Shown here piece after piece: positions 49,995-59,433 of a stretch of 64,000 nt of DNA. The notes under the pieces are model-generated. The model did not search any database. It was given only the letters and a program-made list of their open reading frames with translations, and had not been told where the DNA came from. Position numbers and translations under genes: made by a program. The number at the start of each line of letters is the position of its first letter. The first letter of the stretch is position 1. The stretch comes from Candidatus Melainabacteria bacterium 17Bon1m (GTDB taxonomy: Bacteria > Cyanobacteriota > Vampirovibrionia > Obscuribacterales > Obscuribacteraceae), in NCBI GenBank assembly GCA_032128875.1, contig JAVLKG010000008.1, forward strand, positions 96,001 to 160,000, in the 5' to 3' direction.

Positions 49995-50702
49995 CTACTC
50001 CGGCACGTGAACGTCGAGGTCAACGATCACGCGCTCGCCAAGTTCGGCGAGCACTTTGTTCTCCAACACATATTCGCGCACTCCGCGCTGACCATCATGA
50101 CGATGGGTGTAACCATCGCCTGAGAACAGCTCGGTGAGCCGAACGGTGTGATAGAGGAAACGCCTGACGGCAAGAGCGTCGCCCTTGCTTTCCAACAGTC
50201 GCGCCACGGTCATGAAGAGCGGGTCTTTCTGACCGGCGGCATGCACCTCAGCGAAGCTAAAACCGGCTCGCTTCTGCCATTCGGCAAAAGAAGTTTTCTT
50301 CAGCTCGCGGGCAGCGGCATCGACCAGATGTTTTACTTCCGGATAATGCTCGCCGACCGAGGCCAGGACACCATTCCAGGTGGCTGACCGCATGCCCTTC
50401 TGGCGGCGGAATACGACGAGGCTGAACTTGGTTCCGGCAACGACCTCACGCTCGATGTACTCGGCCGTGTGACCAAGTTCGAGCAGCATGTCGAAGCCGT
50501 TTTTGCCAAGCAAGCGCTCGATTCCGCTCGGCCCCATGACCATGGTGACGCGTCTGTCGCGCTCCTCGGCAAGTACCACTGGAGTCTTGCTGCGCGAGCG
50601 GACAAGCCGCGCATACAAGTTTCTCAGCTTGGCCTTCTTGCCGTCGGAACGCTGGCGTTTATCTCCTCCAAGAACCAGTCGTTCGATGGACTTTTGTCTC
50701 AT
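49995..50702 (-). CDS. Hypothetical protein (possible ADP-ribosyltransferase-like fold)
   Basis: AGGAGA RBS; C-terminal LFSGDGYT..GVREYV. The fold assignment is speculative. Confidence 0.75.
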   Translation of the reverse strand: MRQKSIERLVLGGDKRQRSDGKKAKLRNLYARLVRSRSKTPVVLAEERDRRVTMVMGPSGIERLLGKNGFDMLLELGHTAEYIEREVVAGTKFSLVVFRRQKGMRSATWNGVLASVGEHYPEVKHLVDAAARELKKTSFAEWQKRAGFSFAEVHAAGQKDPLFMTVARLLESKGDALAVRRFLYHTVRLTELFSGDGYTHRHDGQRGVREYVLENKVLAELGERVIVDLDVHVPE

Positions 50703-50830
50703 TTTGGTTCTCCTGACTCGGACGATCGAAAAGGAGGAAACGCGCAGCAGAAGCCGGACGCCGCCGAGCAACCCGACCTTGCGGTCAAGCTGTTCGAGCA
50801 ACCCCCGGCGCTGCGCAGAAATAGTGACGA

Positions 50831-52102
50831 CTACTTGCCGCCGGCAGTGGAAGCAGCTTCGGCCGGTTTGACCGGCGCGATCACTTCCATGAAAACGGGC
50901 AGGTGGTCGCTGAAGTCCTTCGTCCAGAAGAGCAGGTCGCGCTTCAAAGTCGGGAATGCCGGGATCCAGCATTGCACCGTGAGCCCGTCCATGCCCTTCG
51001 TGAAGAAGCCGTCGAACTGCCCGCTTTCGTTGCGGAACTGGTACGACGGGCGACCGTCGACGACGGGCTCCAGCTTGAAGCCGTAGTCGAAGAGAGGTTT
51101 GGTCTCGGTGGTCGTCGCCTTCTCGAGTGCGGCATTGAAGTCGCCGCCCATGATGATCTTCGTGGTAGGAAGATCCGCGACCGAGTAGTCGACCGCCGGA
51201 CGCGTTTTCTTCGGCGCACCGCCCGTGGTAGCAGCCGAATCGGCAGCTTCCGACTTCGCCTGCCCCGCAGTCGGCGCCTTGCGACGCTGATACGGCGACT
51301 TCTCGGCCTGGCGCTTGAACTCCTCCACCATCTGCTTGTTCGAGAACTCGCGAATGGGGCGGGTCGCATCAGGACCGCCGACGTTGGACTTGGTGTGCAC
51401 GTTGACGAAGTCGTAGACCTCGCCGGTCAGCGTATCCAGCACGCGTTGCTGGATGGCGGGACGCAGCGTGTACTTGAACTCGGGATGACCAGGCACCTCG
51501 AGCAAGTAGTCGTGGTAAACCGCCTTCTTGCCGACGTACTCCAGGCGCGGATGCAGCAACATGCCGCACGCCTGCTCGCGATTGTTGCGATGGCTGGCGC
51601 AAACGCCGTAGCCCGCCGCTTTCGCGATCACCTTGAGCGCGTCGATATTGGTCTCCTGGAAGAGCACGATGTGAGCGCGCTTCACCAGTTCGACCAGAGA
51701 GTCGACGATGCGAGTCGCCTTGTCCTTGGTGAGCAGGTAACCGTTGAAGCTGACCACGACGAGGTTGCCCTCGTAGGTGACGAGCGGACGCTCGCCGATC
51801 ATCTTCATCACGACTTCCTTCACCTGCGCCGGGGACGCAGGCACCCAGGGACGACGACCGCCGGGCTTTTTGGTCTCGCCCGTTTCGTTGTCGAATTCAC
51901 CGCCGGCCTTGCTGGCGATGACGGCTTGCGCAAGCGGATTGCCGGCGGCGGCGAGCTTGGCGATTTCCGCCAGAGTCTCATTCGCCCAGGGCAGCCGATT
52001 GGCTTGAATGCAGGCATCCAGAAGCGCAATCTGCGTCTTCAGGTCACCCGACGTCTTGACGAGAGCATCGCGGACGGCGTCCGCTGTTTCAGATTTGCTC
52101 AT
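50831..52102 (-). CDS. Endonuclease/exonuclease/phosphatase (EEP) family protein
   Basis: VSFN, LFQET, NVHTKS, MGGDFNA, FSDHLPV. Confidence 0.88.
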   Translation of the reverse strand: MSKSETADAVRDALVKTSGDLKTQIALLDACIQANRLPWANETLAEIAKLAAAGNPLAQAVIASKAGGEFDNETGETKKPGGRRPWVPASPAQVKEVVMKMIGERPLVTYEGNLVVVSFNGYLLTKDKATRIVDSLVELVKRAHIVLFQETNIDALKVIAKAAGYGVCASHRNNREQACGMLLHPRLEYVGKKAVYHDYLLEVPGHPEFKYTLRPAIQQRVLDTLTGEVYDFVNVHTKSNVGGPDATRPIREFSNKQMVEEFKRQAEKSPYQRRKAPTAGQAKSEAADSAATTGGAPKKTRPAVDYSVADLPTTKIIMGGDFNAALEKATTTETKPLFDYGFKLEPVVDGRPSYQFRNESGQFDGFFTKGMDGLTVQCWIPAFPTLKRDLLFWTKDFSDHLPVFMEVIAPVKPAEAASTAGGK

Positions 52103-52190
52103 TGACAGTCTCCAATTTCTGGGTGCGCTGTGGCGCGCACCCTCTAGAGCCGCTCTGCGATAAGCTCTGCAGGCGGTTCGACACCCTTCT

Positions 52191-52243
52191 GCAGGGGCGG
52201 CGCAAGCGCCGCCCTGTCAGGGAGCCGCATGCGGCTCCCCTAC
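52191..52243. repeat. Inverted REP doublet
   Basis: GCAGGGGCGGCGCAAGCGCCGCCC plus TCAGGGAGCCGCATGCGGCTCCCCTAC (27 nt identical to 56856-56882). Confidence 0.85.
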
Positions 52244-52261
52244 GAAGGCGAAGAGATGGAA

Positions 52262-53398
52262 TCAAGCGACCTTGAGCTGGCCGCTCGTCTCCAAATGCTT
52301 GCGGAATTTCTGGCACACAGTCTTGTGGTACTGCGTGCAGTCTTCCGCGGGAACCAGCCCGTAGAGGTAAGCGAGCTGCTCCTTCTTGGTCGGCTTGTCG
52401 GTGACAGCCATGAGGGTGGCGACGATTTTGTCGGCGTCATCCTTGACCTCGAAAGGCAGGTCGGCGAACTTCTCTTCGAGCTTTCCTTCAAGCACGCGGA
52501 GCATGATGTAACGCGGATTGAGCTTCTCCTGGATCATCTTGCCGATGTATCCAGCGCACTTGTACTTGACCCGACGGTCAGGCCAGCGCACGACGAAGCC
52601 CTCCTTGTTCTCGAACTCGGGGCGCTTGACGAAAGCCTTGAGCTCATCGATCGACTTGAACTGCCAACGCTCCACGACGCGCAATCCGAGCGTGCCGCCG
52701 ATTTTCGTCAGGTCGTTGTAGTCGAGGTCGAGCAGAGTCCGCTTGCTGTAAGCAGCCAAAAGACAAAACTCCACCTTCCCGGCGTAGTCGAGGATGACCT
52801 GAGTTTCGGGATGGATGAACTCGGCAAGGACGGTCATACCCTTGGGGAACGAATCAGCCCACTCATCCTGCTTTTCAGCGAGGATTTCGTTGGCGATCTG
52901 AGCAGACTTGCTCTCGAACGAACCGCGGGTGGTGGCAATCACCCGGCCGCGATAGTGGAAGATAATCGCAAGGTGCCCATCTTCCTTCACCATCACTTCG
53001 AACGGACCATCGGGCAGGTCCTTGGTTTCGGCGTGCTCGCCGACGTTGAAGAATTTGGGGAAGGGGAAGGCAACGAGCGTGCCACGGCGATCGAAGACGA
53101 TGCCGCGGCAGAGCCGAATCGCTGGCGTCCAGCCGTGCTCGAAAGCATGCAGCGTGACGTGAGCGACTTCGGTGTAGTTGAGTCCGACAAGCGGAAGCTC
53201 GCGATGGAAGAACGGTCGGATCAAGCTGGTGACGGAAGGCATTCCCGTCTCACGCTTGTAGCCGAGGCACTGAGCCATGAACTTTTCGTTCGCAGGGACG
53301 CGCTTCCATTCGTTCCAGTCCTTGGGGCTGGAGACACGATCAGAGACGAGACGAGCGACGAAAGCCTTGAGCTGCTTGAGAGATTCTTTGGTGGTCAT
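52262..53398 (-). CDS. T4 Rnl1-type ATP-dependent RNA ligase
   Basis: CRGIVF, PFPKFFNVGE, KEDGHL (motif I), TRGSF, AEFIHP..VILDY, EGFVVR, RVKYK. Confidence 0.9.
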   Translation of the reverse strand: MTTKESLKQLKAFVARLVSDRVSSPKDWNEWKRVPANEKFMAQCLGYKRETGMPSVTSLIRPFFHRELPLVGLNYTEVAHVTLHAFEHGWTPAIRLCRGIVFDRRGTLVAFPFPKFFNVGEHAETKDLPDGPFEVMVKEDGHLAIIFHYRGRVIATTRGSFESKSAQIANEILAEKQDEWADSFPKGMTVLAEFIHPETQVILDYAGKVEFCLLAAYSKRTLLDLDYNDLTKIGGTLGLRVVERWQFKSIDELKAFVKRPEFENKEGFVVRWPDRRVKYKCAGYIGKMIQEKLNPRYIMLRVLEGKLEEKFADLPFEVKDDADKIVATLMAVTDKPTKKEQLAYLYGLVPAEDCTQYHKTVCQKFRKHLETSGQLKVA

Positions 53399-53630
53399 TG
53401 CGTGTATTCCTTGTGTTTCACGAGTCCGGCTGAAAGCCGAACGAAATTGCGCCCCCGCTTTTTGGCGGAGGGTGCGAAATGCCGATACCCGAATCACAAA
53501 CTGCACAGACCAAACACGCACAAACGGCCGCACACACACTTCCTCAGAAGGCGCATGTTTCCGGTGGGACGTAGGCTGGAATTACAGTTTCAGTGACTCG
53601 TATCGGCTAAGGAATTCTTGAATAGATAGG
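53399..53630 (-). ncRNA. Structured 5' leader of the RNA ligase operon
   Basis: Approx. 125-nt imperfect hairpin (GCCGATAC/GTATCGGC, GAGTCAC/GTGATTC, AAACTGTA/TGCAGTTT) inside an anti-SD stem. Confidence 0.55.
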
Positions 53631-53635
53631 TCTTG

Positions 53636-53665
53636 ACCCTACGCGCGAAGAAGTGCGTCAATCAA
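53636..53665 (-). promoter_or_regulatory. Putative promoter TTGATT-N18-TAGGGT
   Basis: Same geometry as 1905-1934. Confidence 0.45.
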
Positions 53666-53855
53666 GCAACTAAATAGTGATTTGAAAGTTATGCTGGCTA
53701 AAAATTTAGATCTCTTAGCTAGATTTATTCTTTAACGCCCGACATTTTTCTTCGCTTTAGCTTATCGAAGCCAATAAACCAAGCACCCGAGCCAGGACCA
53801 CTGGCTTTCGAGAGCAAGTTTTTAGTAATTCATATAAGGGCAAAAAATATGTTGC

Positions 53856-53894
53856 AAAAAATAAGCGACCTTGCGTCAACTCTGCAAGGTCGCT
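53856..53894 (-). terminator. Rho-independent terminator
   Basis: AGCGACCTTGC/GCAAGGTCGCT stem followed by a U-rich tail on the minus strand. Confidence 0.65.
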
Positions 53895-54044
53895 GAAAAC
53901 GTAGGAGGCAAGCGGTTCTGTCTCTATACGGACGGAAATGATTTCGATTTACCGATTCCGCAAGCACGACCGCTTCCCTCTAAAAGAGATTGAAACAGGT
54001 CAGAACTGTGCCCACGTTTTTATGGTTTTAAGACTGGCGCTCAA

Positions 54045-54191
54045 CTAGGCCACATCTCGGCCGGTGGCCATCTGGAAGATGAACAAGATGCCGCAAAGTA
54101 CGAGCAAGCCGTGAATAAAGCTGCCGCCTACATGGCTCAACAAGCCAATAAGCCAAACTGCCAACAAAATGGTGATCAATGTATAAAGCAT
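54045..54191 (-). CDS. lmo0937-family small membrane protein (48 aa)
   Basis: MLYTLITILLAVWLIGL..GGSFIHGLLVL..TGR; GGAGG RBS. Confidence 0.85.
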   Translation of the reverse strand: MLYTLITILLAVWLIGLLSHVGGSFIHGLLVLCGILFIFQMATGRDVA

Positions 54192-54663
54192 TAAATGGAA
54201 CCTCCGGTGTTTCAATCTCTCGTCTGCTGTGAGGACTGGAGAGCATCTCGGAAGTTCCCTATCCACTTTTTGGCGGCAAACACATACCGCTTTCAGGCTT
54301 GCCAGGAAGTTTAATGTGAGAAAGCACCGGAATGGCAGTCAAAACGCTTGTTGACGGACAATCGCCCATTGTTCGCGTGCCGCCGAAAGTTTAGCTTTGA
54401 ATTATCTCTTTCCTTCAATCTCGCGACGGATTCCTGCACAAGTTCACGCCCTGAAACCCTTGCACTTAAATACTTTCGGCACTGACGCCGAATATTGAAC
54501 AAGGTCCTCAGAAAAATGAACGGTCGGCACAAATCGTCCATGTAATTTGTGCAAGTGCTGGTATCCATTTGAATGCTGCGCGAAGGCGATGGAATGCCGG
54601 TTCGAGATAACACTCGAACCTAATCTTTATGCAAGAGCCGGAAATTCCGGCAGTAAGGACGTT

Positions 54664-56814
54664 ATGAGCAACCTTGAACATCGTGAAGAAAATGGCGGTG
54701 CGAATCTCACACCGCCAGAAGCCAACCAACCGCAATCGTGGCCCAAGAAAGTACTGATGTACTGCATCGTACTGCCCCTGGTGCTCTTCTGGGAGACAAC
54801 CAAAGGACTCTACAAACGCACCTATGAGAACGCCGAGACCGGCGCCGCCAACTTGATGAATCTCTTCATCGGCGTTGTCCTCTCTCTCATCGCCGGCATC
54901 TGTATGGGCTACAAAATGGGCTGGAGTGCCACTCCCGCTCCTCTCACCACCTGGCTTTCAGCAGCCGTCGGCGCCGGTGCCGCGATGTTTTTCTATGGAT
55001 GGACCTTATCGAATGTGGTGGTGTTCAAGTACGTTTCCAGAGGGTCCAAATGGCTCTGGCAAAGGGTCAACATCTCCGGCCAAGAGTATGAGGCAAACCC
55101 AGAAGGGCTGAACAACCCGGCCTGGTTGTCCTCATTCCTTATCCTGGCAGCCAGAGTGGTGATCATGATGCTGACAGTCGCTGTTGTTTATATGTTCGTG
55201 GTGCACGTCCAGGGACATCAAAACATCTACGGCGTGCTCGGCTATTTGATAGGGTTTGCTTCAGTCGTCGTCGGCTTGGTTGCGGTGATCTTTATCATCC
55301 TGTGGACAGGGCGCAACATCGGCGGATTCTTGGCATTCCTGATGATGGTCTTCATCCTTCTCATGATGATCTTCAACTGGACAGACACGGTATCGTTATT
55401 GGTGGCACCCTATAACGGTCTGACGGCGGCAAAGTGGGGCGGTTGGGGCTTCCTTCCCGGACTTGTCCTCGGCGGAGTCGCCGGCGTCCTTTTTGCAAGA
55501 TTGTTGTGGAAACTGCTGAAAGCGTTCGGCGTTCCGCTGATTGCTGTCATATGCAGCGCAGCCGGCACTTACTTCCTTTTGCCTGCAACAACTGCATGGC
55601 TGAACGGCTTTGCTCACCGTCCATTCGACGCGGCGCTCGTACCTTACATGGCGGCGGTTGTGGAATTCTTCGTACTGGTCGGGTACGTTTTTCCGATCTT
55701 ACACATCGGCATAACGCACTCGCTCAAACATCTGGAGAACATCACAAAGCTGATGGACTCGGTGTATCAAGAGGAAGAAGGCGGATATCGCGAATTCTTC
55801 TTGATGGTCCTTACGCTTGCCGCAACGCTGGCAGTCGTTTGGTATACGCCCTCGCTGCTTCTTGCCTATGTTGTTACTAAAGCATGGCAGGCATACGCAA
55901 TCACAGCGGTCATCGGCATCGGCGCCTACACGCTCGGCGGAAGCTGGCTGTTGCGAATAGGTGTATTGCCATTCGCAATGGTCTGCGCTGCCGCCTTCGG
56001 CTTCCAGGTATACGACGATTGGAATGCGCATGATCTCTGGTTTGGCATCGGCGGCGCCATCATTGTCGGCGTCATCGGTGCAGCCGCGACCATCGCCATC
56101 ACCTTCCCGCTCGCATATATTCTCATCCGCAAATCAACCGAAGGTTGGCTCGCCTCGGCGCTGCGCAACCCGCTGGTCAATCTCCATACCCGTATCTGTG
56201 ACGGCATCGCCCGTTTTGTCACAGAATTCTTCCGGGCGGCACGCAACACTTACGGCGATGCAACGCCTTTCCGCGAGACCTTCCAGCAACTCGCCAACAT
56301 CGCTTTCACGGTTGCCGCCACTTACGCCTCCTGGAGCCTTGTGACGATCTACGGATTTGCTCTCTGGCTGGGGATTGTCATCATGGCGGCAATCTTCGTC
56401 CTTGCCTATACTCTTGTCGGTCAACTCTTCAAGAAAAAGGGCAACGGCTATCTCGGGCTGCTCGCCGCCATTGTAGGTGGTGTCTACATCGGCATCATCG
56501 TGCACGGCGCACAGCCGCTCGGCTACTGGCTCTCCGTTCCTGGTGCGCTGATCGGCGCAGCTCTGACGGCGGGCGCGTTTTTCCCGTGGGCATATCTGTT
56601 CTTGCGCTTAGCACTGAATGCGCTATCACAAGAAAAATGGTTGCACCCAGCGCTGGTCAACGCTCACTCAACGGTCTGGAACCGTTTTGCCAACCTCCGG
56701 GAGGACTTCCTCAAGACCTACCGGCAGGTGCGCGATTCGGTGACTCTCATGAAGGAAAACTTCTGGCGCACGTATGAAGAAATGCGCGCGCAGATCTTCA
56801 AAAACCGGAAGTAG
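54664..56814 (+). CDS. Large polytopic membrane protein with internal repeats
   Basis: Many TM helices; recurring (T/V)Y(E/Q/G)..RE.F and FP.(A/L)(Y/H) units. Confidence 0.8.
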   Translation: MSNLEHREENGGANLTPPEANQPQSWPKKVLMYCIVLPLVLFWETTKGLYKRTYENAETGAANLMNLFIGVVLSLIAGICMGYKMGWSATPAPLTTWLSAAVGAGAAMFFYGWTLSNVVVFKYVSRGSKWLWQRVNISGQEYEANPEGLNNPAWLSSFLILAARVVIMMLTVAVVYMFVVHVQGHQNIYGVLGYLIGFASVVVGLVAVIFIILWTGRNIGGFLAFLMMVFILLMMIFNWTDTVSLLVAPYNGLTAAKWGGWGFLPGLVLGGVAGVLFARLLWKLLKAFGVPLIAVICSAAGTYFLLPATTAWLNGFAHRPFDAALVPYMAAVVEFFVLVGYVFPILHIGITHSLKHLENITKLMDSVYQEEEGGYREFFLMVLTLAATLAVVWYTPSLLLAYVVTKAWQAYAITAVIGIGAYTLGGSWLLRIGVLPFAMVCAAAFGFQVYDDWNAHDLWFGIGGAIIVGVIGAAATIAITFPLAYILIRKSTEGWLASALRNPLVNLHTRICDGIARFVTEFFRAARNTYGDATPFRETFQQLANIAFTVAATYASWSLVTIYGFALWLGIVIMAAIFVLAYTLVGQLFKKKGNGYLGLLAAIVGGVYIGIIVHGAQPLGYWLSVPGALIGAALTAGAFFPWAYLFLRLALNALSQEKWLHPALVNAHSTVWNRFANLREDFLKTYRQVRDSVTLMKENFWRTYEEMRAQIFKNRK

Positions 56815-56828
56815 ATCCTTCCACAAAG

Positions 56829-56968
56829 GTAGGGGAAGCGCATGCGCTTCCCTGCTCAGGGAGCCGCATGCGGCTCCCCTACACTCGTAAGGGGTCGGCG
56901 CTCCCCTACACTCGTAAGGGGTCGGCACTCCCCTAAACTCGGAAGGGAGTCGAGCATGCGGCTCCCTT
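56829..56968. repeat. REP cluster plus a 27-bp tandem repeat (x approx. 3)
   Basis: GTAGGGGAAGCGCATGCGCTTCCC, an inverted REP, then CTCCCCTACACTCGTAAGGGGTCGGC(G/A) at 56874, 56901 and degenerate at 56928. Confidence 0.9.
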
Positions 56969-57143
56969 CCTTTTTGAAAAACAGCTACTACACGTTTTAA
57001 TATCAACCGGTAACGCTTTGATAACAACTTCTCCCTAAGTTTTCCCTATCTTGGCAGTAGCCGCCGATTCAGATTCGCGGTGGCAAACATCTTTCGATTA
57101 TCGGATTCTCAAGCGACACGCTCGCTTTCACGGAGCAACTTAA

Positions 57144-57728
57144 ATGGCTATTCATGAGAGTTTTGCCTTTCATCCACAACCCGACGAAGCTTTGCATTCG
57201 ACCCCTCAATGGCATTTAGAACTCCAGCAAGACGCACAACAGAAGCGCAATCCGGGCACGGTTGTTGAACGCGCAGCCGAACAAACAGTAGATCAGGCGC
57301 GAAGAACCGTAGAACAAGGGGCACGTCAAACGGTTAGAGAAACCCAACAAAATGTCAAAGCGGCGCGCGAACGTGCAGAAATCGCAACATTCCTTGTGCT
57401 GAATTTCGACCAGATAGATGGTTCAAACCGCACCAAAACTCGAGACGGGAAGATTACCCGCAACGAGATAATCGACTTTAGAAAAGATCATTCAACATCG
57501 CTAACATCAAATGAATTGCGAACTCTCGATGTGGCGTCTCGTGATTTCGCAACGCAGATCGGTCGCGGAAAGACCGGGGTTAATAGGGCGGATATAGAAA
57601 CATACAAGGTCTCACCACCTGTCATAATTCGTCGACCAACTCAAGCAGAAGACGAAGGTCTCGACGACAAAATCAAAGACAAAGCAAAAGGAATTTGGAA
57701 AGGAATTCGCAGACGCGTAGGCGACTAG
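57144..57728 (+). CDS. Hypothetical protein with a degenerate EF-hand-like motif
   Basis: GGAG RBS; NFDQID..DGKITRNEI. Confidence 0.7.
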   Translation: MAIHESFAFHPQPDEALHSTPQWHLELQQDAQQKRNPGTVVERAAEQTVDQARRTVEQGARQTVRETQQNVKAARERAEIATFLVLNFDQIDGSNRTKTRDGKITRNEIIDFRKDHSTSLTSNELRTLDVASRDFATQIGRGKTGVNRADIETYKVSPPVIIRRPTQAEDEGLDDKIKDKAKGIWKGIRRRVGD

Positions 57729-57778
57729 CCTCCCAAATCGAACTACCGCGCAATTGTTTTAACCGGTAAACGCAAAAA

Positions 57779-59047
57779 TTAGGAAAACGGCGTCGTGACA
57801 ATACGACAGTAAGGAAGCGCTTTGCGAAGTAAATCCAAACCTCGCTCGCTAACCTTTGTTTGCGCAAGGTTTAACTCAGCAAGATTATCCATCTCGGCAA
57901 GTGTTTCCACTGCCGCATCAGTAATTTTCGTGCTGAAAAGATTGAGGCGAACTAGTTTTCTCAATCTCTTCAATGATGGTATGGATGCATCAGTAACGCG
58001 GGTTTCCACCAACCAAAGAGCTTTCAGCCCAAGAAGTTTTTCCAGCGAAATAACACCATAGTCACCCACCTTAGTATCGTTGAGCGAGAGAAGTTCGAGC
58101 CTGTGAAGCGGCTCCAATCCCTTAAGGAAGTCATCTCTGACTCCGGTATCAGCCATCCATAAACTGTCGATGGCAGGGAGTTTTCCGATTGATGCAAGCC
58201 CGGCAGCAGTCAACGGCAAACGGCAGATGCAGAGCATTTCCAGATGTTTCAAGGACTCGATCCACTTCATGTCCTTGCCTGCCACCTTAGTGTTGGAGAG
58301 GCAAAGTCTTTCCAGACACGAAAACTTACTCAGCGCTGCGGCAGTTTTATCATTTACCCTGGTGTCTTCCAAGTGCAAATTGGTAATCGGCAAACCGGAA
58401 AGCGACTCGAATGCTTTTCCCTCGAAAGGGCAGCCATCCAAACGCAACTCTTTAAGAGTCGAAAGCCCTTTCAATTCTTTGACGGCATCATCATTGATGC
58501 GGGTTTCATCAAAGTGCAAAACCTCGAGAGCCTTCATTCCGGCGATCACTTTGATACCACTTTTGGTGACAGTGGTTCCGGCGAGTTTCAAAATCTTGAG
58601 ATTCTGCAACCCCTGCAATTGCCGCAATCCGAAGTCAGTTACTTCAGTGTGTCCCAGATCCAGTTCTTCGAGTTCTGAAAGTTGTGCGACGTGATGCAGT
58701 GCATCATCACCAATGTCCGTGCCGCCCAATAGAAGGCGTTTCAACCCGGTAAGCCCACTGATGTTTTTCAGCTCAGCCGGTTTGACACGGGTGCACGTGA
58801 AATTGAGAGAGCGCAAATCATCCGCTGCGAGCTGTTTTAGCGGTTCCAGATTTTCTGAGGCCGTCCAGCTGACCATCAAATCCAGAGGCTTTTCATACGG
58901 CGCAGAAACATCGCCCGCGGCTTCAGAGTAAAACTCCTCGACACCGCGTTCATCGGTCGTGTACAAGTGTCCGAAAGAAGTGTCCGCGGGAAAGCGGATT
59001 ATTCTGCCGTCTTTGTTGTTTGAAGTTTGCGCCTTCGCCTCAGGCAT
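57779..59047 (-). CDS. Leucine-rich repeat protein (24-aa repeats)
   Basis: LxxLxLxxTxVTDxGLxxL repeated more than 10 times. Confidence 0.93.
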   Translation of the reverse strand: MPEAKAQTSNNKDGRIIRFPADTSFGHLYTTDERGVEEFYSEAAGDVSAPYEKPLDLMVSWTASENLEPLKQLAADDLRSLNFTCTRVKPAELKNISGLTGLKRLLLGGTDIGDDALHHVAQLSELEELDLGHTEVTDFGLRQLQGLQNLKILKLAGTTVTKSGIKVIAGMKALEVLHFDETRINDDAVKELKGLSTLKELRLDGCPFEGKAFESLSGLPITNLHLEDTRVNDKTAAALSKFSCLERLCLSNTKVAGKDMKWIESLKHLEMLCICRLPLTAAGLASIGKLPAIDSLWMADTGVRDDFLKGLEPLHRLELLSLNDTKVGDYGVISLEKLLGLKALWLVETRVTDASIPSLKRLRKLVRLNLFSTKITDAAVETLAEMDNLAELNLAQTKVSERGLDLLRKALPYCRIVTTPFS

Positions 59048-59404
59048 CGAAAACCCCAGAGAGCCCGTATCCCAGTATCCAATAGATTACACGCCAGTCG
59101 GTAACTCGCGCAAAATAGATGTTCCCGGCAGGATGGAAAACATCTCTCTTGATTCGATGTTTTTTCCAGGAAGAAAAACAGACACGCGCCAGGTGCTATT
59201 GGGGGGGGCTGCAAGAGAAGCAATCTGAAACGCGCTTAAGGCGCCAGGCTACGACCTTAGCGGGGCTAAGAAACGATGCCAAGACCTCCTAGCGACGACG
59301 CGCTAGGTTTTAACTGCCAATTAAGCGTTGTTCAGGTCGCCCATTTAATAAGCTTTCGAAGAGTTATTGCGTCCAAGACCTTAGCAGACAACTGGTTACA
59401 AGGC

Positions 59405-59433
59405 TTGCTTCCAAGGCCATTCTTCTTCAGGGT
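59405..59433 (+). promoter_or_regulatory. Putative promoter TTGCTT-N17-CAGGGT
   Basis: AGGCTTGCTT shared with 1901; AGGGT shared with 53636. Confidence 0.35.

Noticed and set aside
46766-53596. Plus-strand ORFs of 497, 400 and 455 aa
   Set aside because: Antisense shadows of the coiled-coil, EEP and RNA ligase genes.
56874-56950. Possible CRISPR array
   Set aside because: The 27-bp units are contiguous with no unique spacers, there are no cas genes, and they derive from a REP end.
59201-59208. G8 tract as a phase-variation site
   Set aside because: Short, intergenic, and not within a recognisable promoter spacer.
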